From sequence record NC_070650.1: a stretch of 64,000 nt of DNA; one strand, 5' to 3'. Of this stretch, positions 19,349 through 29,352 are shown piece after piece; within the stretch, counting starts at the first letter, position 1; the number at the start of each line of letters is the position of its first letter. Under the pieces are notes generated by a model. That model saw only the letters and a program-made list of their open reading frames with translations. It searched no databases and was not told the DNA's origin. Both the position numbers and the translations under genes were made by a program.

Positions 19349-19756
19349 ATGTGGTTACGAAAACTCTTCATCCGGTTACTGCCCGCCCGCATTAAGCGGG
19401 CTTTTGTATTAACCGGACTATATTCTATCTTGACGAAACAGACCCAAATCAATCCTGAGGTTCTGGCGTCATTAAATGAAAGTTTACGGTTAGTATCCAA
19501 TCCCAGTAGTTTACAATTTCCAGCGATGATGGCCTATTGGCTAGACATGCCTGGATTAGCTGGATTAGACAACCCCGTTCAATTGATTGAAGAAGTAACC
19601 AATAAACTCCCTACGTATTGGAAATACGGTATCGAGTTGGATTTTAAACATGATTTGCAGGAATTAGTAAAATATATTAGGCCTGGCACTTACTTCTCAA
19701 ATATGGTGGTGCAGCCCAACGTATTCCCACATTCCGCATCATGGCATCGGACATAA
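19349..19756 (+). CDS. Hypothetical protein
   Basis: AAGGAG RBS; amphipathic N-terminus; conserved position after RNase H (recalled). Confidence 0.6.
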   Translation: MWLRKLFIRLLPARIKRAFVLTGLYSILTKQTQINPEVLASLNESLRLVSNPSSLQFPAMMAYWLDMPGLAGLDNPVQLIEEVTNKLPTYWKYGIELDFKHDLQELVKYIRPGTYFSNMVVQPNVFPHSASWHRT

Positions 19757-19795
19757 TCAACATATTGGGAGGGCTTTCGCCCTCCCTTTTATGCC
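19755..19795. terminator. Bidirectional terminator; copy of dispersed hairpin element
   Basis: AATCAACATATT-GGGAGGGC-TTTC-GCCCTCCC-TTTTATGCC. Confidence 0.85.
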
Positions 19796-19796
19796 G

Positions 19797-20669
19797 TTAA
19801 TGTTTACTAACGTATTTCTTACCAGCTTCTTCCACGGCGACCGCCAGTGCTTCGGCCGATGCACATACCAGGCCGTAGAATTCCAACATCTTCGCCAAAT
19901 TGGCTACGTGTCTAGCCAAAGCATCGATATTGCGTGGCGCAGCAATATAGGTTTTATCGGGGTCCACCAGACCGTCGATTAATTCGCCGAGCATGGTATC
20001 CAGATTACGAACAGTTTCGCTTACTGCCTGTGGTGAATGCTCACCCGACATTTTACCGAGCAGTTCATTCAGTTTGGTTTCCAGCAGTTCCCAATCACTG
20101 TTGCGCTTAATCACCTGGCGGTATTTAACTTCAACCGCATGTCCTTTAAATGATTTTGCGTGCAAATCGATGAACTGGGTTGGGTCAAATGTTTTTAGAT
20201 AATTTCCAGGGGCGATAGTGGAAATTTTCTCCGGATTATTCAATACCGAACCAACCCAGGTTTTAAACGGAATCAACCCCGAATCGTAAAACTCATCCAC
20301 AGCGTCAGCCATGCCGATAAGCAGTTCCACATATTCAAGGTAACTGACTTGCAGCCCTTCCGGTACCGGCATCTTTAATTCGACATCGTTAAGGTAGGGG
20401 CTGTTTTGTGCAGCCCGAATCACCCCACCCAAAGTTACTGCGGCGCGAAGTTGCTTTGGGGTGCTATCAAATAGAGTAGAAATATATTCGGTAGTGGTGC
20501 CCCAGAGTTTTTTCAACTGCTCTGCCAACTTCTTATGAACGAAGTTGACTTTGAGTGCTTCCGTGGAAATATTGCGTCCCACGGTAGGGAGTTGAAGGTA
20601 GGCGTTACTACCAATCACTTTAGAATCCCGGATGATATCCGGTAGCGTAGAACGAAATTGATAAGCCAT
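19797..20669 (-). CDS. Probable internal head (ejection) protein
   Basis: 290 aa, helical; N-terminal ISTEAL putative prohead-protease site; VPEGLQVSYLEY motif. Confidence 0.55.
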   Translation of the reverse strand: MAYQFRSTLPDIIRDSKVIGSNAYLQLPTVGRNISTEALKVNFVHKKLAEQLKKLWGTTTEYISTLFDSTPKQLRAAVTLGGVIRAAQNSPYLNDVELKMPVPEGLQVSYLEYVELLIGMADAVDEFYDSGLIPFKTWVGSVLNNPEKISTIAPGNYLKTFDPTQFIDLHAKSFKGHAVEVKYRQVIKRNSDWELLETKLNELLGKMSGEHSPQAVSETVRNLDTMLGELIDGLVDPDKTYIAAPRNIDALARHVANLAKMLEFYGLVCASAEALAVAVEEAGKKYVSKH

Positions 20670-20680
20670 TACGAATTCCT

Positions 20681-22357
20681 TTATTTTACTGCCGCATTTG
20701 ATTTGAGTGTCATCTTAGCGGATGTGCTAAGATAATCAATCAAACTTGGAATGAACTTAGTCATGTACCGGGCAGTGGTTTGACCGGAGCTAGTTGCATA
20801 CACCGGCATCCAGATAGCGTATTGTTTCATTGCCTTCAGGATGTGCAGTAGTGCTGCATTTGGATCGGCTACGTTAATACCGTTAGGGTCTTTGATGTAT
20901 TTTGCTAACATAGCACCCAACGTTGCCCCAGCAATGGCCGCCGGAAGCATCCAAGCCCCAGATACTCTCCCCGCCGTATTGATAAATGTCAGGATTTTAT
21001 AACCGGTAGGCGCGCCCATTTTAGCCGCGGCATTGACGGTGTATAAGCCATAGCCGAGAGAAGCATACCTCACCACCTTATTCGCTACTTCGACCCCTTT
21101 CGCCGCGCCGTCCAGTACGTTCATTTTGCCCGGGTCTAAATCCACTGCTCTGATTTCGCTGAATAAGTCAACCATCTTTTCAAAAGCTGGCAGAGTATCA
21201 TCATACTTGTCACCGATTTTACGGTACCCAGCAACTAATGCATGATAATTTTGCACCGCCTCGATACTGGCATCCAATAAGGCAATTGCTTGCTGTTTAT
21301 TCGCAACCGGCATACTGGCTGGGGTCTTACCTAATTTAGGTGCTTTAACCAAATCAAAAGTACAGTCCCCGATATGGGCCAGAATGGCACCACCGTCTTC
21401 ATCATCCTTATCCCCGGACATGTCCATTTGAGTGGACTCAAATACAACGCCCCCGGGAAGGATGCCAGAAGATTTAGTGATGAAGTCAGCATACTGGCTT
21501 TTACCGCCTTGGCCGTATCCAATTTTTAAAAGCGTATCGCGGCGGGCCGATTCTTCCGATACCCATTGGCGTACATCGTCAGGGGTAACTGTAGGAAGCC
21601 CATCCTGAAGGTTACTAAACGCCGCCAAGCGATTTTCCAGGTCAGTAATACCCTTAGACCCGTACTGTTTAGCAAACTCACCCAAAGCTTTTAATACGCT
21701 CAGATAGACCTGATCGCAGCGGGCATAGTTAGGTTCGCCGTAATATAAAGCAGATACGTTGAAGTCCATACTGGAGATAGTTCCGACATCACCTGAAGTC
21801 TCCACCGCCATCCATTGGGATTTTAGTTTTTTCAGTTTGTCTAAAACTTTTTCCTGGACTTTTTCTGAATTAGAGAAGAAGTCTCTCAGGTGACGCCCCA
21901 TTTTGGTAACGGCGTTAGTTACACCGTTTTCAATTTTAGCAAGTGCACCCTGCAGAGCCTCTAAAGAAACGCACGTTTTTTCTAGATCGGTAATGGAGTT
22001 ATCTTCCAATGACGGACACATCACAAGATCTAGGGACGCACGTTTCAGTTGGTCCTGGACCCCATACTCTACAGCCATCAGGGTTTGTGCGTTCAGGCCA
22101 GTGCCCGCTTCCAGACTCTCCATGATGAGCATGCCGGTACGCATCAGTGAGGTGCCGACATCAGTCAGGTCAGCCACATCACCGGCCGCTTGACCAAACC
22201 CAACAATATCATCATTGGCTTGGTCGATTAACATGCTGAGACTATGGTCAACCCCCACTTCGAGAGTATCCGCGCCTACGTTTTCAGCGGGTAAGGTAAT
22301 ATCAATCGGGTCTTTTGGTGTAATGTAATCGTTTACGCGACGTTGTGTGGTAGACAT
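20681..22357 (-). CDS. Internal head protein with propeptide (phiKZ gp93/162/163-like family)
   Basis: Acidic N-terminal region with three S-L-E sites (MESLEA, CPSLED, CVSLEA); start moved to ATG 22357 (AAGGA RBS) from track 22411. Confidence 0.65.
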   Translation of the reverse strand: MSTTQRRVNDYITPKDPIDITLPAENVGADTLEVGVDHSLSMLIDQANDDIVGFGQAAGDVADLTDVGTSLMRTGMLIMESLEAGTGLNAQTLMAVEYGVQDQLKRASLDLVMCPSLEDNSITDLEKTCVSLEALQGALAKIENGVTNAVTKMGRHLRDFFSNSEKVQEKVLDKLKKLKSQWMAVETSGDVGTISSMDFNVSALYYGEPNYARCDQVYLSVLKALGEFAKQYGSKGITDLENRLAAFSNLQDGLPTVTPDDVRQWVSEESARRDTLLKIGYGQGGKSQYADFITKSSGILPGGVVFESTQMDMSGDKDDEDGGAILAHIGDCTFDLVKAPKLGKTPASMPVANKQQAIALLDASIEAVQNYHALVAGYRKIGDKYDDTLPAFEKMVDLFSEIRAVDLDPGKMNVLDGAAKGVEVANKVVRYASLGYGLYTVNAAAKMGAPTGYKILTFINTAGRVSGAWMLPAAIAGATLGAMLAKYIKDPNGINVADPNAALLHILKAMKQYAIWMPVYATSSGQTTARYMTKFIPSLIDYLSTSAKMTLKSNAAVK

Positions 22358-22469
22358 AATTGGGTCCTTTACGGGTTGCGGGATTATAGGAGTGGAAAAA
22401 ATGAGCGTCATATTTTACGGATGCTAGGCATTACATGTACAGAATGACATCTTTTATTGAGGAAGCCTC

Positions 22470-23909
22470 ATGCGCGCGAATTTGGTAAACATGAATAATT
22501 ATTTTCAAAAGAGTGAAGAGGTTAGACCTATTTGGAACCTGGGGTATCCGTTTGATTGCATGTCTGGGGAATATACCCAAGGCAAGCATGGTGAATCCAT
22601 TTCCCTTGGCGGGCTATGGCCGACAGTAGGTATTGGTGGCCCAGGCAATACTAACAAATCCACATTATCACATCATTTTGTCCTGACGGTGATGGCCCGC
22701 TATATGGCTCAGGCCCTCAACTACGATACCGAAGCCAGCGCGTCGCGTAATCGTTGGTATGGCCTAGCACAGCGTTTTCCTGAACTCTGCGGCGTAGATC
22801 TCATCGAAGAGAATCAGCTGATGCTGACGGACTCAACGATGATGTACGGTAATGAATTTTTCGAAATGTACAAGAAGATGTCGGATGATAAAATAGCCGC
22901 TAAGAAAGACCTGCTATTAACGACACCAATTGTAGATAGTAAAGGTAAACAAATTACTATTCCGGCACCAACTGCCGTAGAGATTGATTCATTATCGATG
23001 TTTGGTGTGAAGTCAGTCGAAGAAATGGCCGATAAATCTGAGCTGGGTGATTCCGGGCGCAACACCATGGCTATGCGTTCCGCCGGGGTTAAAGCGCAGA
23101 TGCTCCAAGAAATACCGGTGATTGTTAACCGAGCATCCATGCCGACCATTTTTACGGCACACATCGGTAAAGAAATAAAAATTGACCCTTATGCTCCGTC
23201 TGCTAAAAACCTGACGTATCTCAAAAATGGGATGAAATTTAAACACATCCCAGAAAACTTTACTTTCGTAGTCAATACTTGCTGGTACATTTTTGCTGTT
23301 GATATTCTCAAACATAAGGATGGTGGTCCGGAATATCCTTCTGACAGCAAAGATAAATTTAAAGGTGACACTGATTTACAAGAAATCTTTGTTACAACCT
23401 TACGTAACAAAGGCATGATTTCCGGTATTCCTTTCAGTGTTGTCATTTCACAACGCGAAGGTGTTTTGCCTGAGCTTACTGCGCTTGTCGCATTGAAAGC
23501 AGGCGGTCGTTTTGGTCTCTGTAGTGATACTAAAAAACTGGATTTGGATCTATACCCAGAGGTGTCATTGGACCGCGTAACCGTGCGCAGCAAAATCGAT
23601 ACCGATCATCGTTTGCGTCGTGCTTTTGAAATCACTGGCGAAATGCAGCAGATTTTTAACTTCCATGATAAACTCAATGCCAAATATCGTTGCACTCCAA
23701 AACAACTCCGCAAAGAGCTGGAAGAAAAAGGGTACGATTGGCAGCGCCTGCTGAACACTCGGGGTTATTGGATTCCGGATGAACACGCGAGCGAATATGA
23801 ATTCTTATCAACCATGGATTTACTCAAAATGCGAGTTGGTGAATATCATCCATGGTGGTACGGTGATTTAAACAAAAAGACAGAATCAGAGCCCACTCTG
23901 AAAGTCTAG
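22470..23909 (+). CDS. uvsX: RecA/UvsX-like recombinase (phiKZ gp152-like)
   Basis: Walker A-like GGPGNTNKST, NYDTE, Walker B VEIDSLS, IFTAH; 479 aa. Confidence 0.85.
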   Translation: MRANLVNMNNYFQKSEEVRPIWNLGYPFDCMSGEYTQGKHGESISLGGLWPTVGIGGPGNTNKSTLSHHFVLTVMARYMAQALNYDTEASASRNRWYGLAQRFPELCGVDLIEENQLMLTDSTMMYGNEFFEMYKKMSDDKIAAKKDLLLTTPIVDSKGKQITIPAPTAVEIDSLSMFGVKSVEEMADKSELGDSGRNTMAMRSAGVKAQMLQEIPVIVNRASMPTIFTAHIGKEIKIDPYAPSAKNLTYLKNGMKFKHIPENFTFVVNTCWYIFAVDILKHKDGGPEYPSDSKDKFKGDTDLQEIFVTTLRNKGMISGIPFSVVISQREGVLPELTALVALKAGGRFGLCSDTKKLDLDLYPEVSLDRVTVRSKIDTDHRLRRAFEITGEMQQIFNFHDKLNAKYRCTPKQLRKELEEKGYDWQRLLNTRGYWIPDEHASEYEFLSTMDLLKMRVGEYHPWWYGDLNKKTESEPTLKV

Positions 23910-23926
23910 ATTAAGGTATAATCATA

Positions 23927-24325
23927 ATGTCGAATACACTGGTCCCAGAAAGTTTGAGCCGGTACTTTATTAAGGCGACCCCCGCATCGTGGGGGGCTTT
24001 GCCCCTTAATCAAACGTACTATTTTGTATCATCCAGTTTAGATGCCTATTTGACCGAGTTGGAGTTGATGGCCACTGAGCCAGATAACCACCCAACAACG
24101 CATGCGTCCATGGTGGTATTAAAAGATTGGATCGGTAATGTGACTCTCACTGAATTACAAAACCGTCTTGCTACACTGGAAACTAACTACGCCGAACTTC
24201 AGGTCACTCGCCCTGAAGCGGCCATCCGTCAAACGGTCGCAACCAGTATGCGACTAGCTGACCTGCAAAACCTTGGAGTGCGCCTTTATGGAAGCGGAAC
24301 TGAACTGGGACTGTATTTGTCCTAA
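23927..24325 (+). CDS. Hypothetical protein
   Basis: 132-aa ORF in tight operon after uvsX. Confidence 0.6.
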   Translation: MSNTLVPESLSRYFIKATPASWGALPLNQTYYFVSSSLDAYLTELELMATEPDNHPTTHASMVVLKDWIGNVTLTELQNRLATLETNYAELQVTRPEAAIRQTVATSMRLADLQNLGVRLYGSGTELGLYLS

Positions 24326-24329
24326 ACCC

Positions 24330-24611
24330 ATGGGTCAACCATCGAGCGTAGATTTGGTGGCAACGGCTCTATTCGACGTCAATCCCGGCTTGGCTTACCA
24401 ATGGGTGCGTGAATACCCAAAAACGATAGCTTCTGGTTCTTTGTCTAGTTTGGCACGATTGACGACATATTGGAAGCGCGTATTAGAATCAGCTGGTGAG
24501 TCCTCAGCCAGTGAATCCCTACGTCCAGACATGAAAGATGAAGAATGGTTATCATCATTTCACAACCACGTCATTCCGGTTTTGAAAAACAATCATCGGA
24601 TTGTTCTGTAA
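24330..24611 (+). CDS. Conserved hypothetical protein
   Basis: Start likely ATG 24330, 4 nt after upstream stop, instead of overlapping track start 24273. Confidence 0.55.
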   Translation: MGQPSSVDLVATALFDVNPGLAYQWVREYPKTIASGSLSSLARLTTYWKRVLESAGESSASESLRPDMKDEEWLSSFHNHVIPVLKNNHRIVL

Positions 24612-24666
24612 TGGTTTGCTAGCGACGATTCAATAGAGTCGTCGCATCATCCATTGCGAGGTTATC

Positions 24667-25332
24667 ATGTCAAACAGAAAAGCAGCAGAAACCCTCATCC
24701 TTGATACTTTGGCTAAAATCGATAATAACGGACCTAATCGAGGTATTTGGGCCAAGAAATTTTCAACTATGTCCGATGAAGCCTTTGAGGCTTTTATTGA
24801 CGCCCTAGATTCCGGCGAACAAACATTACATATGTTTGTACCAAATAAATCGGAACACGGCGTAGACGCACTGCGCAATATTAAAATAGCCAAGGAATTG
24901 GGGCATGATTTCTTTGAACGTCTGTGGTTAACCGATGAACGTACGGGGAAAACATTTTTGACTCCCAAGAAGTACATGGTTATCGACATGATCGTTCGTC
25001 GACAAGAACAAACATTAGAAAAGAAAATCAGCATTCCAGATCACAATCGTACTATCGACGATATGACTGGCCAACCCACCGGGGATTCTAAAGGCAGCGC
25101 AATCTCGTTCCCAGAATTTCAAATTTTAACTTCAAAAGACCTGGATAGATCAATCGAAGAATTATTTAAAGTTCGCGGGGGAGATGAAAAAGCATTCCGT
25201 GAACAAAATAGACTTATTCTTCAAACTGGCGAGGGGCCTTTAGATACCCTAAAACAAACCCCTACTCGCGTAAGGTCTACTGAATCACTTAAGTGCATTT
25301 TACTGGCTATGCACATGGGTAACTCATTATGA
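24667..25332 (+). CDS. Virion RNA polymerase beta subunit, C-terminal fragment (phiKZ gp149-like)
   Basis: RRQEQTLEKKISIP..IDDMTGQPTGDSKGSAISFPE..L, corresponds to RpoB C-terminal region; ELFKVRGGD. Confidence 0.8.
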   Translation: MSNRKAAETLILDTLAKIDNNGPNRGIWAKKFSTMSDEAFEAFIDALDSGEQTLHMFVPNKSEHGVDALRNIKIAKELGHDFFERLWLTDERTGKTFLTPKKYMVIDMIVRRQEQTLEKKISIPDHNRTIDDMTGQPTGDSKGSAISFPEFQILTSKDLDRSIEELFKVRGGDEKAFREQNRLILQTGEGPLDTLKQTPTRVRSTESLKCILLAMHMGNSL

Positions 25333-25859
25333 TAACTGATGCACTTTCTTCCGAACACACTCGTCTAATGAGTGAGGCAATTGGCATTGCCACGCAATAT
25401 TTTCATGAAGCCCTATCACAAGAGTTACTGGGTGAATACACCGCCGACCAACAACAAAAAATTATACGTGATTGTCTTGGATTAGTCACTAATCCTACAT
25501 GGTTTCAGGCGTTGAATGAAACTAACCTTAAGTCTTTATGGACGGCAATACGTAGCAGTCCACACACTGAGGCGGTAACATTATCTACGGCCCAAAGACT
25601 CAGGGTGTTTTATAACGAACAGACTTGGGGAGAAATTATATCCAGGTTAGCTTCCTCGACAAAAATCTTTACCCCGGCAAATAAAAAGTATAGTGTTTTC
25701 ACCGAGGAAGAACTGGGGCGCATGGGTTGCGTCAATGCATTGGATTATCTAGCTAATAATACCTGGGTAGTTCCACTCATGCTATTGAATCAAATCGAAT
25801 ACAGCGCACTGCTGTCAGATAAGACGCGGGTAATTTACAATAAATCCGTTAAGGGGTAA
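25329..25859 (+). CDS. Conserved hypothetical protein
   Basis: ATGA overlap with upstream gene; 176 aa. Confidence 0.6.
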   Translation: MITDALSSEHTRLMSEAIGIATQYFHEALSQELLGEYTADQQQKIIRDCLGLVTNPTWFQALNETNLKSLWTAIRSSPHTEAVTLSTAQRLRVFYNEQTWGEIISRLASSTKIFTPANKKYSVFTEEELGRMGCVNALDYLANNTWVVPLMLLNQIEYSALLSDKTRVIYNKSVKG

Positions 25860-25862
25860 ATC

Positions 25863-26609
25863 ATGGCCGGAGATCGTTTACTGGTTGATTTAGATTCTAT
25901 CTTGGATTTTAGATTATCCACCCTGGCCATTCTCAATGACGAGTACGCCAGTACTTTAATTGGAAATCCGAAATACATTGATAGAACCAGAGATGATGAG
26001 TTCTATTTGGCTGGAGGTATTTCACATACCGAATACCTTATGACGTATGGTAATCGAGGGATTGATTTCAAACACCACGTGGCCAAACCCACCGGTATTT
26101 TTATGTTGTTGGGTAAAATCATTTCTGAGCGTTTGGTTCGTTCTGAAGCACCTTTATCAGAACGAAAATTTTATATTGAAATAAACGTTTATCCATTTAG
26201 ACTCAATGAGGATGCTTGCAGGTCTATCGCAAATGCAGTAGCCATTTATCTGGATACACAACTCTACATCGAGACGGTATCCTATTCCCCAACCCAACTT
26301 ACCCCCAACTTAATTCGCGATACTTATAGTGACGTTGTGCTCTATGATTTCAATGAGTGGTATGTCGCTAATCACTTAACCGTCCCGGGTATCTTCATGC
26401 CGGAAGTTAGGTTTCATACTCCGGCAATTGCCAGAGGTAAGCGAGTTAATGAAATGGACCAGGATATTTTGCGGGAAGTTGTCGATACCACGGGTTCACT
26501 GAACCCATTTGAAGTGACCATGTACGAGTTATCAGATAACTTGTCGCTTCGGTATGAAGACACCCGTTTCTTTACAATAGAAACTGCTTCCAAACCGGTT
26601 GGGGCATAA
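25863..26609 (+). CDS. Conserved protein, possible HAD-superfamily fold
   Basis: N-terminal RLLVDLDSILD resembles HAD motif I (hhhDxDxxh). Confidence 0.45.
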   Translation: MAGDRLLVDLDSILDFRLSTLAILNDEYASTLIGNPKYIDRTRDDEFYLAGGISHTEYLMTYGNRGIDFKHHVAKPTGIFMLLGKIISERLVRSEAPLSERKFYIEINVYPFRLNEDACRSIANAVAIYLDTQLYIETVSYSPTQLTPNLIRDTYSDVVLYDFNEWYVANHLTVPGIFMPEVRFHTPAIARGKRVNEMDQDILREVVDTTGSLNPFEVTMYELSDNLSLRYEDTRFFTIETASKPVGA

Positions 26610-26630
26610 GAGAGGGCAATTGCCCTCTCT
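26604..26630. terminator. Bidirectional terminator, loopless palindrome
   Basis: GCATA followed by perfect 22-bp palindrome AGAGAGGGCAATTGCCCTCTCT (26609-26630). Confidence 0.75.
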
Positions 26631-26631
26631 A

Positions 26632-27039
26632 TTAGGAACGTGGGGTAAGGTCCATTTCGCCATCAGGAATATCGATTGCTGGAAGTTGTGATAAATCGGG
26701 AGTCGGAGCTTTTTCTGCTGTCGGCCTTGCTGATTTATCCTCGAACGGATTAACACCACCTAATCCGGCTGCAAATCTAGCAATCTCACGTGCCAATTGT
26801 TCATTCGCACTGACGCCCTGCTTATCAATGTCAAGCCGCATTTTGGTCAGCTCTTGTTTGCTCATATCACCGAGCAGTTTGATGAGCAAAGCTTGTTCTT
26901 TTGTATCCTGAGGCATCTTACCAGTAAACAGATAACTGGTGATTAATTGCCTTTGAATATTCTCAGCAAAAGCCAGCCCGTTGGTGGTTTCCGGGATGGT
27001 TATTGTCATGTTCGGGTGGATCGATTCTTGTTCGGCCAT
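26632..27039 (-). CDS. Conserved hypothetical helical protein
   Basis: 135 aa; AGGAG RBS on minus strand. Confidence 0.6.
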   Translation of the reverse strand: MAEQESIHPNMTITIPETTNGLAFAENIQRQLITSYLFTGKMPQDTKEQALLIKLLGDMSKQELTKMRLDIDKQGVSANEQLAREIARFAAGLGGVNPFEDKSARPTAEKAPTPDLSQLPAIDIPDGEMDLTPRS

Positions 27040-27110
27040 AATGGAGGAACTCCTTGTAGAAAATAGGGTCTCTACACTATTACCTGCAACATACTAAAAT
27101 AATTAACATC

Positions 27111-27118
27111 TATATTAC
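27111..27118 (+). promoter_or_regulatory. Early promoter core TATATTAC
   Basis: Exact match to phiKZ early (virion RNAP) promoter consensus, 36 nt upstream of ATG 27155. Confidence 0.7.
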
Positions 27119-27154
27119 TATTGAGACTGATTCATAGCGTATTGGGACAACATC

Positions 27155-27670
27155 ATGTTACGTTGGATATGCCGATATAAACTGCGGAACATTCGTAATA
27201 AATACCAACGATTGGATGTCTTGGAGCGAACCTGGGCTACCGCAGAAGAGTATAACCGCTGGATAAAAATGCCTAATATTATCCAGGCATTTCCAAAGGG
27301 AGCCATTGTCCGCAATGAAATTACTACGGCCTTTTTAAATGCCGTACATTACCACGATGCATTACTTCGCTGCGCCGCCCGCATCCGCGCTCGAGAATAC
27401 ATCGATATGGACGACAAGGTTTCAAAAACGAACAAGTATATTTTTGATGATTGGATTGTGGATAATCGGGGATACGATGTGGATGTTGAACAACTCATCC
27501 GCATTATTTTCCCTACCATCCGCGAAGTCATTATAAACGTGGAGGCGTGTAGATTATCTCGACAAGACCTCTATGAATACTATCGAAACCAGCTCCGGTC
27601 TTATTTAGAGACCTATATTCACCTTGTCGATTTGGGGATGGAGTTGTATCTTACTGGAGTACAGCGATGA
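27155..27670 (+). CDS. Conserved hypothetical protein (early)
   Basis: 171-aa ORF downstream of TATATTAC. Confidence 0.6.
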   Translation: MLRWICRYKLRNIRNKYQRLDVLERTWATAEEYNRWIKMPNIIQAFPKGAIVRNEITTAFLNAVHYHDALLRCAARIRAREYIDMDDKVSKTNKYIFDDWIVDNRGYDVDVEQLIRIIFPTIREVIINVEACRLSRQDLYEYYRNQLRSYLETYIHLVDLGMELYLTGVQR

Positions 27671-28194
27671 CTCAGAATAAAAAATCTTCTGATGCAGAAA
27701 TACAAAATGTGTTAAATACCGTTAATAGCGGATTTGAAACCAGCGGTAAACAAGTCGGCGTATTGGCTGGATTATTCCGCCAACTATGTAACGTCATGTC
27801 GGTCAGGGCTTTTGCCTGGGCATCTTTGATGGAAATGTACCTGAGCAACCCCGCTAACGGTATCCCTCAAAACTCCAAAGACCGGGCTACTGCTCGAGGT
27901 AATCTCACCAAAGAACTTTTGCGGGAACACATGAGCTGGAAGGTGTTTCTAAAAGCGGTAAGATTTTTGGGTGCCATACGAGCTGAGTTTACTATTAAAA
28001 TCTGGGTTACGCCAACCAAAGTTCATGAAGCTACGGTAACCATTGTGGAACGCATGCCGCGAGAACGAATTAAGCAGCATGAGGAAGCTCAACGTAACAT
28101 TGAAGAAAATCATTCTGGGCTGAATGTTCCATTATTCGATGATAACCAGCGTAGAGTATTAAGGCGCAAACAGCGTAATAATCAAACAGAATGA
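27667..28194 (+). CDS. Conserved hypothetical protein (early)
   Basis: ATGA overlap; GVLAGLFR..ARGNLTKEL..MSWKVFLKAVRFL motif recalled as conserved in phiKZ-like phages. Confidence 0.65.
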   Translation: MTQNKKSSDAEIQNVLNTVNSGFETSGKQVGVLAGLFRQLCNVMSVRAFAWASLMEMYLSNPANGIPQNSKDRATARGNLTKELLREHMSWKVFLKAVRFLGAIRAEFTIKIWVTPTKVHEATVTIVERMPRERIKQHEEAQRNIEENHSGLNVPLFDDNQRRVLRRKQRNNQTE

Positions 28195-28201
28195 TGTGGA
28201 A

Positions 28202-28223
28202 TGTGGGTGCCTAGGCACCCACA
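28202..28223 (+). terminator. Terminator-like loopless palindrome
   Basis: Perfect 22-bp palindrome TGTGGGTGCCTAGGCACCCACA with T-rich tract shortly downstream. Confidence 0.65.
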
Positions 28224-28257
28224 ACACATTACTCTTTTTATTTTTTTGAGGTCTACC

Positions 28258-29352
28258 ATGGCGCAAAAAATAGCTTCCAGCGTATTCGCCGGCGCACCAA
28301 CAGATAACTTGAATGTTGCTGATATCTATCTCACCCCGACCGTAGATTTGTTAACCAGTTTAGCAAGCACTTTGAGTAGTGTGTTGGATAGCGTTTTTAA
28401 TTCCATCCGTACGGCGGGATTAGATTTATCGGAACTTGCCGAGCTATTGAAGTCGCTGATACCCACATCAAGTAGCTCATCCGGATCTTCATCTAGCTCG
28501 TCTCTGGCGTCTTCGACCACCACCACTACTGAAGCGGTGTCTCGTTTAAGTTCAGCCCTCGGGATTAATGTGTCGGCAATTAGCGATCTGCCGGACGAGG
28601 TTAAAAATCAAGCGGTCGCCAACCTTATTTCATTATCGGGAATCAATGTATCTACTTTAGGTACAATCACTGGCGATAGAATCAATGTTACTCCCGGGAC
28701 CAGTGCTCAGAATGCTAATGGCGTGATTAATGGGATTAATGCTGTTCTGGGAGACACCACTACTTCTGTACCCACCGTTGTCGATGGTGTGGCTCTACAG
28801 GCGTTTTTATTATCCCTTTACAACTATGCCGTTGATTACGGGTTATCCGATGCAGCCGGCACTGCGGCTTCAGCACTGAATCAATCTGCCGTGGATACCG
28901 ATACAGCATCGGATATTGTCACTGCGATGGTATCCAAGTTTCCAACTGCTGTAGGAAACAGCGATCTTGATACCATGCAAACCATTTTAAATAACACCAC
29001 CCCCGGTGCGGTAGTTGCAAAATACCCGAGTGCTGTAAACGACATTATCTCAACATACACCTTAGACTCAACTATCCCGGTTAGTGATTATCCGACGGTA
29101 TTGACTAAAATGACCGACGTATTGGGAACCATTGATTCTACCTGGGCTACGGATACTCGAGATGGCGTAACGGTAAATTCACTATCCCCATTCGATGGTT
29201 TATCTGACGGTGCCGCGGCATTATTCGCCACATCAGAAGAGCATCAGGCCACCGCATTGTTAGCACAAACTTATTCTTCGGCTAATACCGTGGAACTACT
29301 GCGAGATTTTTATCCAAACATCGCATTACTGAGTTCAACAGTACGCGCATAA
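28258..29352 (+). CDS. Virion structural protein, Ser/Thr-rich
   Basis: GAGG RBS before ATG 28258 (track 28201 runs through a hairpin); SVFAGAPTD..ADIY motif; poly-Ser/Thr linker. Confidence 0.6.
   Translation: MAQKIASSVFAGAPTDNLNVADIYLTPTVDLLTSLASTLSSVLDSVFNSIRTAGLDLSELAELLKSLIPTSSSSSGSSSSSSLASSTTTTTEAVSRLSSALGINVSAISDLPDEVKNQAVANLISLSGINVSTLGTITGDRINVTPGTSAQNANGVINGINAVLGDTTTSVPTVVDGVALQAFLLSLYNYAVDYGLSDAAGTAASALNQSAVDTDTASDIVTAMVSKFPTAVGNSDLDTMQTILNNTTPGAVVAKYPSAVNDIISTYTLDSTIPVSDYPTVLTKMTDVLGTIDSTWATDTRDGVTVNSLSPFDGLSDGAAALFATSEEHQATALLAQTYSSANTVELLRDFYPNIALLSSTVRA

Noticed and set aside
28467-28530. Poly-Ser/Thr coding tract as a tandem DNA repeat or phase-variable locus
   Set aside because: Synonymous codons are varied (TCA/AGT/AGC/TCT/TCG), so it is a protein-level low-complexity linker and not a slippage repeat
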